Shown: in pieces, positions 9,762 to 18,574 of the stretch | Position numbering within the stretch: position 1 is the first letter of the stretch | Layout of the letters: each line of letters starts with the position of its first letter | Source of the DNA: an uncultured Planctomycetaceae bacterium | GTDB taxonomy: Bacteria > Planctomycetota > Phycisphaerae > SM23-33 | Direction of reading: 5' to 3' | NCBI GenBank assembly: GCA_964480425.1 | Contig: CAYZPY010000004.1 | Span: forward strand, 1-46,270 | Length of the DNA stretch: 46,270 nucleotides | Translations under genes and position numbers: made by a program | Notes under the pieces: model-generated | The model's database searches: none | The model's input: the letters and a program-made list of their open reading frames with translations, nothing else | What the model was told of the DNA's origin: nothing

Positions 9762-11735
9762 TTACTTTATCGGTGAAAACACTCTTCCGGAACTCCCGCC
9801 TGATGGTTTCGCCTCCCCGCCCAGGCGCTCTATGACGTGTCTTATGCGCTGCTGTACTTCCGGATCGTTGGTCTTTAGATATTTCTGAAGCAGTGGGACA
9901 ATCTCCTTGCCCATTGCGACCAGTTCCTCGGTGGCGTCCTGTCGGTCCTTATAACTCTCGGCGCCCAGTTGTCCGACCAGTTTCTCTATTTTTTCCATTA
10001 CCTCCTCGGGGGGAAGGGCCTGGGGGCGGGTGATGCTCAGGCACTGGTTGGGGCAGATCGCCAGTTGCGGTCCGGGTTTGATCTCGAATCGCAACTCGTC
10101 CTGCGTCAATTGCCCCCGCAGCACCGACCCGTCCCATAGTTGGACCACGGCCCGTCCCAGGTGCGTCGTGCTGAATGTCATGGTCTTGATGCTCCGCGGG
10201 TGGAGCGTGACCTGGGAGCCGTAATCGGTCCGGATTACTATCTCTTTGTCGCCAAGCCGACCGAACAACTCGTCGCCATTGGTCATCTTCACGCCGGTCA
10301 GCGGGGGCGGCGAACCCTCCTCGGGCGAGAATTGCAGTTTGGCCACCAGGTTGCGGTTTATCCTCAGCCGCGGTCCCAGCGTTAATTTCAGGGTGATGTT
10401 TCCCGCCTCGAGCACGCCGCCCAGGCGCGAGCCGTTGAGGAACTCGGCCTTGTGGAGCCCGTGCCCGGGGTTGTCCATGTTTATGACGAACAGGTCCTCC
10501 CCGCTGAGCTCCACCGATCCGTATCTGGTCCTGAAGTTCAGTTCCACATCGGCCGGGTCAAACGCCAGGCTGTCGCCGGTCCGCAGTATGGCGAGGGGAC
10601 CGGTGAATTCGATTTCCTCCGGACGCTGTTTGGATATCTTGTAGGACCATTGTTTTATCCTGTCGAACGGTATCTCCAGCGTGCTTCCCACGGACATTTT
10701 GAGTTTGAGTTTTTGCCCCTTGATGGTTCCGCAAAGTATCTGTCCGTTCGTCATCGCCACGTGCAGACGGGCGTCGCCGGCGCCTTGGGGCAGTACCATG
10801 CCGATTACCTTTTCGGCGGGAATTTCGATGGTGTCGAAAAACGTATCGACGACGAATTTGTCGTTTAAAACCCGGCCGAATTTCATGTCGCCGGTGCTTT
10901 CGACGATCTTGTCCGCCGCGTCAGAGCGCTCCAGGTGTATGCCGCCAAGGTACGAACCGGTCGAGAAGTTTGCTATAATCCGCCGCAGCGGCGCGGGGAC
11001 CATGCGAATTTCCCTGGTGTGGTCGAAGTCCTCCAGAAATTTCTGGGCGTTCGCCATGGACCTTCTCTGTGCGTGGAACAGGCAAAGCGCCGCCGCCTTG
11101 CCGGGCTTTATTTCAAGATTGGCGTTGTAATAAACGTTGTCATTGCCCATGTTATACTGACAGCGGGGGATGAATTTCGATTTGGGAGAGGCCAGAACCT
11201 GTGCGATGTTAGGTCGGCTTCCGCCGGACATGCTGATTACCAGCCCCCAGTCTTCGGGCGTAATCCCGCTGCCGCCCGAAGAACTCCTGACCGAATTCAC
11301 CAAGGTGCCCATGTTCGAATAGTAACGGACCTGAGCCGTCTGCTTGGTGTTGGACGTGTTCTCGAAAATGTCTATCCACCGGCAGTAATTTTTTTCGATG
11401 TCTACGTAAACCCGGCGCCACACGCGGATTTGTCCGTGATTCCACGGTCCTATCTCGATTTCCGTGTTGCCCTCGTTCACCCGTGCCGTATTGCTGTTGA
11501 AATTCGCCCCGCCCAACTGGAGACGCATACCCCCGTCATAGGCGTCGCTGGTGCCGTCGTTCACCATGCCGTTGGTGTAAATGTCCCACACGTACCCGGC
11601 CGAGTCGTTGTGACGCCAGGGCCAGTTGCCCAGAGCCCGGCCCTTGGAAAGGTGGATGCCTTTGTTTCCACCAAAACACATCGAAACTGAAACAGTAAAA
11701 ACGCATAGTATCGTTATTTTCGTCGCTTGTCTCAT
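9762..11735 (-). CDS. Exported hypothetical protein, paralog B (DAYDGG domain + six Sm-like modules + HEAT-like tail)
   Basis: Signal peptide MRQATKITILCVFTVSVSMCFG; C-terminal LVGQLGAESYKDRQDATEEL..DPEVQQR helical repeat. Confidence 0.85.
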   Translation of the reverse strand: MRQATKITILCVFTVSVSMCFGGNKGIHLSKGRALGNWPWRHNDSAGYVWDIYTNGMVNDGTSDAYDGGMRLQLGGANFNSNTARVNEGNTEIEIGPWNHGQIRVWRRVYVDIEKNYCRWIDIFENTSNTKQTAQVRYYSNMGTLVNSVRSSSGGSGITPEDWGLVISMSGGSRPNIAQVLASPKSKFIPRCQYNMGNDNVYYNANLEIKPGKAAALCLFHAQRRSMANAQKFLEDFDHTREIRMVPAPLRRIIANFSTGSYLGGIHLERSDAADKIVESTGDMKFGRVLNDKFVVDTFFDTIEIPAEKVIGMVLPQGAGDARLHVAMTNGQILCGTIKGQKLKLKMSVGSTLEIPFDRIKQWSYKISKQRPEEIEFTGPLAILRTGDSLAFDPADVELNFRTRYGSVELSGEDLFVINMDNPGHGLHKAEFLNGSRLGGVLEAGNITLKLTLGPRLRINRNLVAKLQFSPEEGSPPPLTGVKMTNGDELFGRLGDKEIVIRTDYGSQVTLHPRSIKTMTFSTTHLGRAVVQLWDGSVLRGQLTQDELRFEIKPGPQLAICPNQCLSITRPQALPPEEVMEKIEKLVGQLGAESYKDRQDATEELVAMGKEIVPLLQKYLKTNDPEVQQRIRHVIERLGGEAKPSGGSSGRVFSPIK

Positions 11736-11830
11736 TGTTCTGTCTCGTGTCACGGTTGGAATTATCAGTTTATTATGAAGATTTCCTCGACGCCCTGGAT
11801 TTCCACTCCTGTATATTCTTCGACTGGCGT

Positions 11831-13843
11831 TTATTCGTCTTGGCCGAGCCGTTCCACAACGTGCCTGATTCGCTGCTGGACCTCAGGGTCGTTGCTGTTG
11901 AGATATTTTTGGAGCAGTGGGATTATCTCCCTGCCCATGGCGACCAGTTCCTCGGTGGCGTCCTGTCGGTCCTTGTAACTCTCGGCGCCGAGTTGTCCGA
12001 CCAGTTTCTCTATTTTTTCCATTACCTCCCGGGGCGGAAGGGCCTGTGGGCGGGTTATGCTCAGGCACTGGTTGGGGCAGATCGCCAGTTGCGGTCCGGG
12101 TTTGATCTCGAATTTCAGATCATCCTGCATCAATTGCCCCCGCAGCACCGACCCGTCCCACAATCTCGCCACGGCCCGTCCGAGGTGCGTCGTGCTGAAC
12201 GACATGCTTTTGATGTTCCGCGGGTGGAGGGTGACCTTCGAGTCGTAATCGGTCCGGATCGTGATTTGCTCCTCGCCCAGTCGGCCGAACAACTCGTCGC
12301 CGTTAGTGAGTTTCACGTTCGTCAAAGGCGCCGGCGAGACCGATTCGGGGGCGAATTGCAGTTTGGCCACCAGGTTGCGGTTTATCCTCATCCGCGGTCC
12401 CAGCGTTAATTTCAGGGTGATGTTTTCCGCATCGAGCATGCCGCCCAGGCGCGAGCCGTTGAGGAACTCGGCCTTGTGGAGCCCGTGTCCGGGATTGTCC
12501 ATGTTGATAAGCAGGAGGTTTTTCGGATTCAGTTGAATCGTTCCGTGGCGAGTGACGAATTTCAAATCCAGATTGGAGGTGTCGAACGCTATGAGGTCGC
12601 CGGTTCTCAATATCGCCGCCGGTCCGGCGAATTCGATTACTTCGGGCCTGTCGGCGGAAATTTTATACGACCACTGGCGGATGTTTTCCATCGGTATATC
12701 CAGCGTGCTTCCCATGGACATTTTGAGTTTGAGTTTTTGTCCCTTGATGATTCCGCACAGGATCTGCCCGTCGGTAAGCGCCACGCGGACCAGGTCCTCG
12801 GAGACGCCTTGGGGAAAGGACATGCCCAGCACCCTGGCGGCGGGGACCTCGATTGTGTCGAAAAAGGTCTCCACGACGAACTTTTCGTTGAGAACCTGGC
12901 CGAACTTGGCGTCCCCGCTGGTCTCGACGATTTTGTCGGTGTCCGCGGAGCGGTCCAGGTGCATGCCGCCAAGGTACGAACCGGTCGAGAAATTAACGAT
13001 GCGCTTCCTCGCCGCAGGCGAAAGGTCATTGAGAATCGTGTAAACTCGAAAGTCTTTTAACGTCTTGAGGTGCTCGTCCACGCTGCGCCCCTGCGACTCG
13101 AAGTAGCACAGGATTGCGGTGTCGCCGGCAGGGACCGTCAGATTCCAGCGGACGTAAATCTGGTTGTTTTGAATCTGCACGGTGGGGCGGATCTTCGAAC
13201 GCTTCCCGCAAACCACGTGCAGCAGCACCGGAACGTTGTTGCCCCCGCTGGTCTCGGTGATAAACGCCCAGTCTTTCTCGTCGAAGGTATTTTTACCCGA
13301 CGACGTTACCGTGCGCCCGATCGTGTAGTTCGTGGCCGAGTATATCTGCACCGGGACGGTTATTTCGCTTTTGGTGGGATTTTCGAAAATGTCCAGCCAC
13401 CTCGCCATGCCCCGGTCACGGTAAATTTTTACCCGCCGGTGCATCCGGAGGTTGTTGTTGCTGTAGGGGCCGATTTCGATTTCATCGCCTTTTTCGTTCA
13501 CCCAGCCGTATCCCGCGGATTGCACGTTCGAACCCCGCACCTGGCAGTAGAGCCCGCCGCTGTATGCGTAGTTGGTGCCCTGTCCCACCGAACCGTAATG
13601 CTGTATGTTCCAGCGGAAGCCCGCCCCGTCGTTCAGGGTGAAATCGAAGCCAACCTTGCGCGCCCTGTCTACGTGCACGCCGGGAATGGTCGCGCTGTCG
13701 CCCCCGGGCGGCGCGGGTGATTCCTCGGCGACCATGGCCCTTGGGGGTATAATCCGTAAATCCGCCGCTGATTTCCCGGCCCAAAGCACGCCAAACAGAA
13801 CCGTCGCCGCGCATAATCCCGCTGTGAGTTTCCGTGTTTTCAT
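11831..13843 (-). CDS. Exported hypothetical protein, paralog A (divergent N-domain + six Sm-like modules + HEAT-like tail)
   Basis: ATG 13843 with AGGAAAGG upstream; signal peptide MKTRKLTAGLCAATVLFGVLWAG; C-half nearly identical to paralog B. Confidence 0.85.
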   Translation of the reverse strand: MKTRKLTAGLCAATVLFGVLWAGKSAADLRIIPPRAMVAEESPAPPGGDSATIPGVHVDRARKVGFDFTLNDGAGFRWNIQHYGSVGQGTNYAYSGGLYCQVRGSNVQSAGYGWVNEKGDEIEIGPYSNNNLRMHRRVKIYRDRGMARWLDIFENPTKSEITVPVQIYSATNYTIGRTVTSSGKNTFDEKDWAFITETSGGNNVPVLLHVVCGKRSKIRPTVQIQNNQIYVRWNLTVPAGDTAILCYFESQGRSVDEHLKTLKDFRVYTILNDLSPAARKRIVNFSTGSYLGGMHLDRSADTDKIVETSGDAKFGQVLNEKFVVETFFDTIEVPAARVLGMSFPQGVSEDLVRVALTDGQILCGIIKGQKLKLKMSMGSTLDIPMENIRQWSYKISADRPEVIEFAGPAAILRTGDLIAFDTSNLDLKFVTRHGTIQLNPKNLLLINMDNPGHGLHKAEFLNGSRLGGMLDAENITLKLTLGPRMRINRNLVAKLQFAPESVSPAPLTNVKLTNGDELFGRLGEEQITIRTDYDSKVTLHPRNIKSMSFSTTHLGRAVARLWDGSVLRGQLMQDDLKFEIKPGPQLAICPNQCLSITRPQALPPREVMEKIEKLVGQLGAESYKDRQDATEELVAMGREIIPLLQKYLNSNDPEVQQRIRHVVERLGQDE

Positions 13844-14008
13844 TATCGGCGCCTTTCCTACCGGACGGTAATCCGTCAAGTTTATTGATATTTTAACAAA
13901 TAGACGAAATTAATCCCGGCGGGTTCCGTTTAATATAAGGAAAATTGAAGCACAATCGATTCCACCATAGCGCCGATTATATTATGATGCATCTGCCGGG
14001 AAAATACC

Positions 14009-14848
14009 ATGAGAATTCGATTATTAGCCATCGACCTGGACGGGACGCTGCTTAACTCCGCCAAGCAGGTCACAAAGACCACCGCCGAGATTCTGCGGAC
14101 CGCCCGGGAGCAGACCGGCGTGCGGATTGTGCTGGCATCGGCGCGTCCGCCGCGGAGCGTGATGCCGTTTTACGAGCTGCTGGACCTGGATACGCCGATG
14201 ATAAACTACAATGGCGCATTGGTTTACGAACCGCCCTCGGGGCACGTCATCTGGCATCGCCCCGTGGCAAAAAAAACCGCATGGCGGATAGTGCGGATAG
14301 CAAGGGAAATACACCCCGATGTGCTCGTCTCGGCGGAAATCCTCGACAAGTGGTACACCGATAAATTCGACCCGAAATTTCTCACCGAGACGGCCAAGCA
14401 CTTCAAGCCGGACATCGTGGCTCCGATCGACAGTTGGCTGACGCGATCGGTGACAAAACTGCTGCTGCTGGCGTGCGGACCGCCGCTGGTGCGGATCGCA
14501 TCGGGCATACTGGGGCAACTACCGCACCAGGTGACGATTCTCAAGACCGAGGATTACCTCCTTCAGATAATGCACAGCACGGTCTCCAAGCTCCAGGCGC
14601 TTCGGATCGTGGCGGGGGAGTTGGGCACCTCCCGCGAGCAGATAATGGCCATCGGCGACAACGTCAACGACATCGAGATGCTGCGCTGGGCCAGCGTGGG
14701 CGTGGCGATGGACAACGCGCCGGAGAAGGTCAAGGCGGCGGCTAAAATTATCGCCGACCATCACGACAACGACGGTGCGGCAAAGGCGATCAGGGACGTC
14801 ATCCTGCGCGGCGCCAGCGGCAATCCCGCCACGCGGGTGATGTGGTGA
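14009..14848 (+). CDS. Cof-type HAD-IIB family hydrolase
   Basis: LAIDLDGTLL, ASARP, INYNGA, SK, AIGDNVNDIEML, AMDNA. Confidence 0.95.
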   Translation: MRIRLLAIDLDGTLLNSAKQVTKTTAEILRTAREQTGVRIVLASARPPRSVMPFYELLDLDTPMINYNGALVYEPPSGHVIWHRPVAKKTAWRIVRIAREIHPDVLVSAEILDKWYTDKFDPKFLTETAKHFKPDIVAPIDSWLTRSVTKLLLLACGPPLVRIASGILGQLPHQVTILKTEDYLLQIMHSTVSKLQALRIVAGELGTSREQIMAIGDNVNDIEMLRWASVGVAMDNAPEKVKAAAKIIADHHDNDGAAKAIRDVILRGASGNPATRVMW

Positions 14849-14946
14849 ACAACCTGTGATTGCACATTTTGTCTCGTAGGCGTATTTTATCTGCGCTTTT
14901 CTCGGAATCCTCCGCATACGGTCCACCGGATGATGGAGCACAAACC

Positions 14947-16311
14947 ATGAGCATAAGAATTATAAATACATCACGTAAAGGCGGTCCCGCCGAAGTGGCC
15001 GAACTGCTCGAACACATCCGCGCAGGCGGGCTCGTCGCTCAAGGCGGGCCTTCGCAGGCGGAAATTCGAAATATCGTGGCCGACACCATCCGTTCCGTGG
15101 CCAAGGATGGCGACCGGCGGATAATCGCCGACACCGCCAGACTGCACGGCGTGGAACTGGTGCCGCAGCGATTCGGCGCCAGTGAGGATGAGATCAACGC
15201 GGCCTACAGCCGAGTAAGAGAGGATGGGCGGATTATGGGCGTTATCGCCCGCGCTATCGAGAATGTCCGCCGCTACCAGCAGAAGATACTGGACACACTG
15301 ATAAGCGCGATTAACCGCCCGGACCTGCTGGACGACGAGCATCGACAACTGGGTTTGTCGTTCACGCCCATCAAACGTCTGGGCGTTTACGTGCCCGGCG
15401 GGCGGGCGGTGTATCCGTCTTCGTTGATTATGACGGCCGTTCCGGCGCAGGCGGCGGGCGTGGAGGACATCGCCGTAGTCACGCCGCCGAACGCCGAGGG
15501 AGGGGTAAATCCGTTGATACTTGCCACGGCTAAGCATCTGGGGCTTAAAGAGATATACCACGTTTCGGGCGTGGCGGGCCTGGCAGCACTTGCCTGCGGC
15601 ACACAGAGCATCTTCCCGTCGGTTGACATGATTGTCGGACCGGGAAACGCCTTCATCGCCGAGACTAAGAGGCAGCTATTCGGCAGGGTGGGCATAGACA
15701 GCATCGCCGGTCCCTCGGAGGTGCTTATAATCGCGGATGAATCGGCAAGGGGCGACTGGGTCGCCGCCGACATGCTCGCCCAGGCAGAGCACGCGCCCGG
15801 CTCGGCCGTGCTCGTTACCGATTCTAACAGACTGGCCGAATGTGTGGCCGGCGAGATAGACGCACAACTGGACGGGTTGGAGCGCGCCGACGACGCGCGC
15901 AACGCCATCGAACGATACAGCGCCGTTATCGTCGTTTCCGACCTGCCCGCCGCATGCGCCATGACCAACGAGTTCGCGCCGGAGCACCTCCAGATTATCG
16001 TCGCCGGCGACGCCGAGAAGGACGTCCTGTCGCGCATACGAAACGCCGGGGCGATATTCGTCGGACAATACACGCCCGTGCCGCTGGGCGATTATTACGC
16101 CGGACCGAGCCACGTTCTGCCCACCGGCGCCACGGCCAGGTTCTCCTCGGCGCTTAGTTGCCTGGATTTCCTCAAGTCCTCCAGCGTAATTCGTTACGAC
16201 GATCGCGCCCTTGCCGACGACGCCGACGACGTGACCGAGTTCGCACGACGGGAAGGACTGACGGCACATGCTCGTGCAGTAGATATTAGAAGCCGCGAAT
16301 TACGCGAATAA
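14947..16311 (+). CDS. hisD: Histidinol dehydrogenase
   Basis: GVYVPGG, VGPGN, GIDSIAGPSE, QAEH, APEHL, GDYYAGPSHVLPT. Confidence 0.97.
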   Translation: MSIRIINTSRKGGPAEVAELLEHIRAGGLVAQGGPSQAEIRNIVADTIRSVAKDGDRRIIADTARLHGVELVPQRFGASEDEINAAYSRVREDGRIMGVIARAIENVRRYQQKILDTLISAINRPDLLDDEHRQLGLSFTPIKRLGVYVPGGRAVYPSSLIMTAVPAQAAGVEDIAVVTPPNAEGGVNPLILATAKHLGLKEIYHVSGVAGLAALACGTQSIFPSVDMIVGPGNAFIAETKRQLFGRVGIDSIAGPSEVLIIADESARGDWVAADMLAQAEHAPGSAVLVTDSNRLAECVAGEIDAQLDGLERADDARNAIERYSAVIVVSDLPAACAMTNEFAPEHLQIIVAGDAEKDVLSRIRNAGAIFVGQYTPVPLGDYYAGPSHVLPTGATARFSSALSCLDFLKSSSVIRYDDRALADDADDVTEFARREGLTAHARAVDIRSRELRE

Positions 16312-16678
16312 AGGGCGCTTGCATAGAGGTATGCAAGAAACCTGGTTGCGGCTTTTTGGAAAAGGTTTACGAGAATGCTCTTGTGCACGAATTGCGCAAA
16401 TACGGATTTGAAGTAAAACGGCAGGTTGCGTTCCAGATATTTTACGACAGGGTTTTAGTCGGAGACTTTGCAGCCGACGTTGTTGTTGACGATAAATTTA
16501 TTATTGAAATAAAAGCGACAGAGAAAAATTCTGATATTTATAAAGCACAATTGATTAATTACCTTAAAGCTTCCGGACTGACGCTCGGTTTTGTGGTGAA
16601 TTTCGGAAAGGAACAGTGCGATTTTCAACGGATTGTTTAAACAAAATAATTTTGTCGTTATTCGCGTAATTTGCGGCT
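16291..16678. mobile_element. AT-rich GxxExxY cassette bounded by 21-bp inverted repeats
   Basis: AGCCGCGAATTACGCGAATAA (16291-16311) versus TTATTCGCGTAATTTGCGGCT (16658-16678), 20/21 complementary; interior visibly AT-richer than the flanking his genes. Confidence 0.6.
16308..16640 (+). pseudogene. GxxExxY family PD-(D/E)XK nuclease-like protein, N-terminus lacking a normal start
   Basis: Frame reads IKGACIEVCKKPGCGFLEKVYENAL..ADVVVDDKFIIEIKA..AQLINYLKASG...GFVVNFG. In-frame TAG at 16287, and the first start codon (TTG 16356) lies inside the GxxExxY motif. Confidence 0.8.
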
Positions 16679-16685
16679 GATAAAA

Positions 16686-17738
16686 ATGCGATATTTCCGT
16701 AAAGAAATCCAGGATCTGGCCCCGTACGTTCCCGGCGAGCAGCTGGCGGCGGGGGCGAAAGTTATCAAACTCAACACCAATGAGAATCCGTACCCGCCGT
16801 CGCCAGCGACGGTTTGGGTTCTGCGGAATTTCGACGCCGAGGCGCTTCGGCGCTACCCCGATCCGCAGGCCGCAGCAGCACGACACACCGCCGCCGGCGT
16901 GCTCGGCGTGGAGGACCAATGGCTTCTTGCGGGAAACGGAAGCGACGAACTGCTGGCCATGATAATACTCGCCGCCGCAGGCCCGGGGCGCTGCGTCGCA
17001 TACGCCACGCCCACGTACGTGCTCTATCGCACGCTGTCGCAGATGCACGGCGCCCCGCCCGTCGAGGTCCTCTACGACGACGATTACAACCTGCCGGTGG
17101 ATGAACTCATCGCCGCCGCCGCCGACGTGACGTTCGTCTGCTCGCCTAACAGCCCATCGGGTACGATGCCCTCGCCCCAGCAGCTCGAGCGACTCGCAGA
17201 AGGCCTTTCCGGACTGCTGGTCATAGACGAGGCATATATAGACTTCGCCGACGACCAGGCAGCGGGCCTGGAACTGGCGCAGAAGCGCGATAACGTCATC
17301 GTCCTGCGGACGCTCTCGAAGGGATACTCCCTTGCGGGCCTGCGGTTCGCCCTGGCGGTGGCGAATCCCGACATCCTGGCGGATCTCGTCAAGGTCAAGG
17401 ACAGTTACAACGTGGATGCGGTCGCGTGCGCCGTGGCCGAGGCCGCCTTCAAGGATCAGGCGCACAAGAACGCCAATGCCAAAAAGGTCCGCGCCTCGCG
17501 GGAAAAGCTCACCGGCGAACTGGAGCGTCTCGGATTCAGGGTCATCCCGTCGCAGTCGAATTTCCTGCTGGCGCGCCCGTCCGACGGCGACGCCGCCCGA
17601 CTGTACGAATCGCTCAAGGCAAGGAGAATCCTGGTTCGGTATTTCATTCAGCCGCGCCTGGACGACAAGATCCGCATCACCGTAGGCACCGACGAGCAGA
17701 ACGACGCGCTTGTTGAGGCGCTCGGCAAACTATTGTGA
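16686..17738 (+). CDS. hisC: Histidinol-phosphate aminotransferase
   Basis: KLNTNENPYPPSP, GNGSDE, CSPNSPSG, DEAY, RTLSKGYSLAGLR, RITVGT. Confidence 0.97.
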   Translation: MRYFRKEIQDLAPYVPGEQLAAGAKVIKLNTNENPYPPSPATVWVLRNFDAEALRRYPDPQAAAARHTAAGVLGVEDQWLLAGNGSDELLAMIILAAAGPGRCVAYATPTYVLYRTLSQMHGAPPVEVLYDDDYNLPVDELIAAAADVTFVCSPNSPSGTMPSPQQLERLAEGLSGLLVIDEAYIDFADDQAAGLELAQKRDNVIVLRTLSKGYSLAGLRFALAVANPDILADLVKVKDSYNVDAVACAVAEAAFKDQAHKNANAKKVRASREKLTGELERLGFRVIPSQSNFLLARPSDGDAARLYESLKARRILVRYFIQPRLDDKIRITVGTDEQNDALVEALGKLL

Positions 17739-17746
17739 AGAATTAT

Positions 17747-17768
17747 CCGCGAATTACACGAATTACAC
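17747..17768 (+). repeat. 9-mer tandem array related to the GxxExxY cassette ends
   Basis: CCGCGAATTACACGAATTACAC, 8 bp after the hisC stop. Confidence 0.8.
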
Positions 17769-17772
17769 ATAT

Positions 17773-17781
17773 TGCTATAAT
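17773..17781 (+). promoter_or_regulatory. Extended -10 promoter element upstream of hisB
   Basis: TGCTATAAT (TGn-TATAAT), 35 bp before the hisB ATG. Confidence 0.55.
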
Positions 17782-17816
17782 GCTTTTGTCACCCTGTTTG
17801 CTAAGAGGCGAATGCA

Positions 17817-18410
17817 ATGAACAATCGCACGGCTGAGATAAAACGTAAAACCAAAGAAACCCAAATCGAGCTGACGCTAAACCTCGACGGAGATGGGCAA
17901 GTCAACTGCGAGACGGGCGTGGGCTTTCTTGACCACATGATCGACCACCTCGGCAAGCACAGTATGACCGACATCGAACTGAAGGCCCGGGGCGACCTGC
18001 ACGTCGATTATCACCACACCACCGAAGACGTGGCCATGTGTCTGGGCGAGGCGCTGGCCGAGACGCTGGGCGACAAGGCGGGTATCCGCCGATACGGGTG
18101 GGCCTCGGTGCCCATGGAAGACGCCCTGGCCGAGGTGGCCGTCGACCTTTCCGGAAGGGCGGCGGTGGTGTTCAACGCATCCTTCGTCGGCGGAAAGATA
18201 GGCGAGTTCGACACCCAACTCATCGAGGAGTTCCTCCGCCGCCTGGCGGTTACCTGCGGCATGAACCTCCACGTTAACGTCCCTTACGGCAGCAACGACC
18301 ACCACATCGCAGAAGCGATATTCAAGGCCTTCGCACAGGCGCTGCGCCGGGCGAAGGCGCCCGACCCGGACCGCCCCGGACAGGTGCCCTCGACAAAAGG
18401 ATCGCTTTAA
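17817..18410 (+). CDS. hisB: Imidazoleglycerol-phosphate dehydratase
   Basis: RKTKET, TGVGFLDHM, GDLHVDYHHTTED, NDHHIAEAIFKAF, PSTKGSL. Confidence 0.98.
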   Translation: MNNRTAEIKRKTKETQIELTLNLDGDGQVNCETGVGFLDHMIDHLGKHSMTDIELKARGDLHVDYHHTTEDVAMCLGEALAETLGDKAGIRRYGWASVPMEDALAEVAVDLSGRAAVVFNASFVGGKIGEFDTQLIEEFLRRLAVTCGMNLHVNVPYGSNDHHIAEAIFKAFAQALRRAKAPDPDRPGQVPSTKGSL

Positions 18411-18418
18411 AGTCACGC

Positions 18419-18458
18419 CCGCATCGTCCCCGTGATGCTTACGATAAATGCGGTTTTT
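18419..18458 (+). terminator. Possible intrinsic terminator after hisB
   Basis: CCGCAT...ATGCGG imperfect stem followed by TTTTT. Confidence 0.35.
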
Positions 18459-18482
18459 GCGCAAAATGCGCCCGACGGCGTC

Positions 18483-18511
18483 TTGCTATGGGAGGGGGAT
18501 TGTAGTATGGT
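18483..18511 (+). promoter_or_regulatory. Candidate sigma70 promoter of tkt
   Basis: TTGCTA-N17-TATGGT. Confidence 0.4.
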
Positions 18512-18574
18512 GCCTCCTTCGGGGCGTGGATTCAAAAAGTCAAAAGCCACGAAACAGATACGTTGGAGAACGCA

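Noticed and set aside
11765-11833. Coding-like in-frame extension (TPVEEYTGVEIQGVEEIFIIN) after the TAA of paralog A, suggesting readthrough or recoding
   Set aside because: All three stop codons are used normally by conserved genes here, and a 21-codon open stretch is expected by chance
9850-12990. Near-identical repeats as a DGR template/variable pair
   Set aside because: Both copies are coding, the differences I compared are not adenine-specific, and there is no reverse transcriptase in the window
14860-14946. ORF-track N-terminal extensions of hisD (also maf 20394, SMP-30 34136, permease 30376, dapL 42376)
   Set aside because: Downstream starts with an RBS or family-typical N-termini fit better
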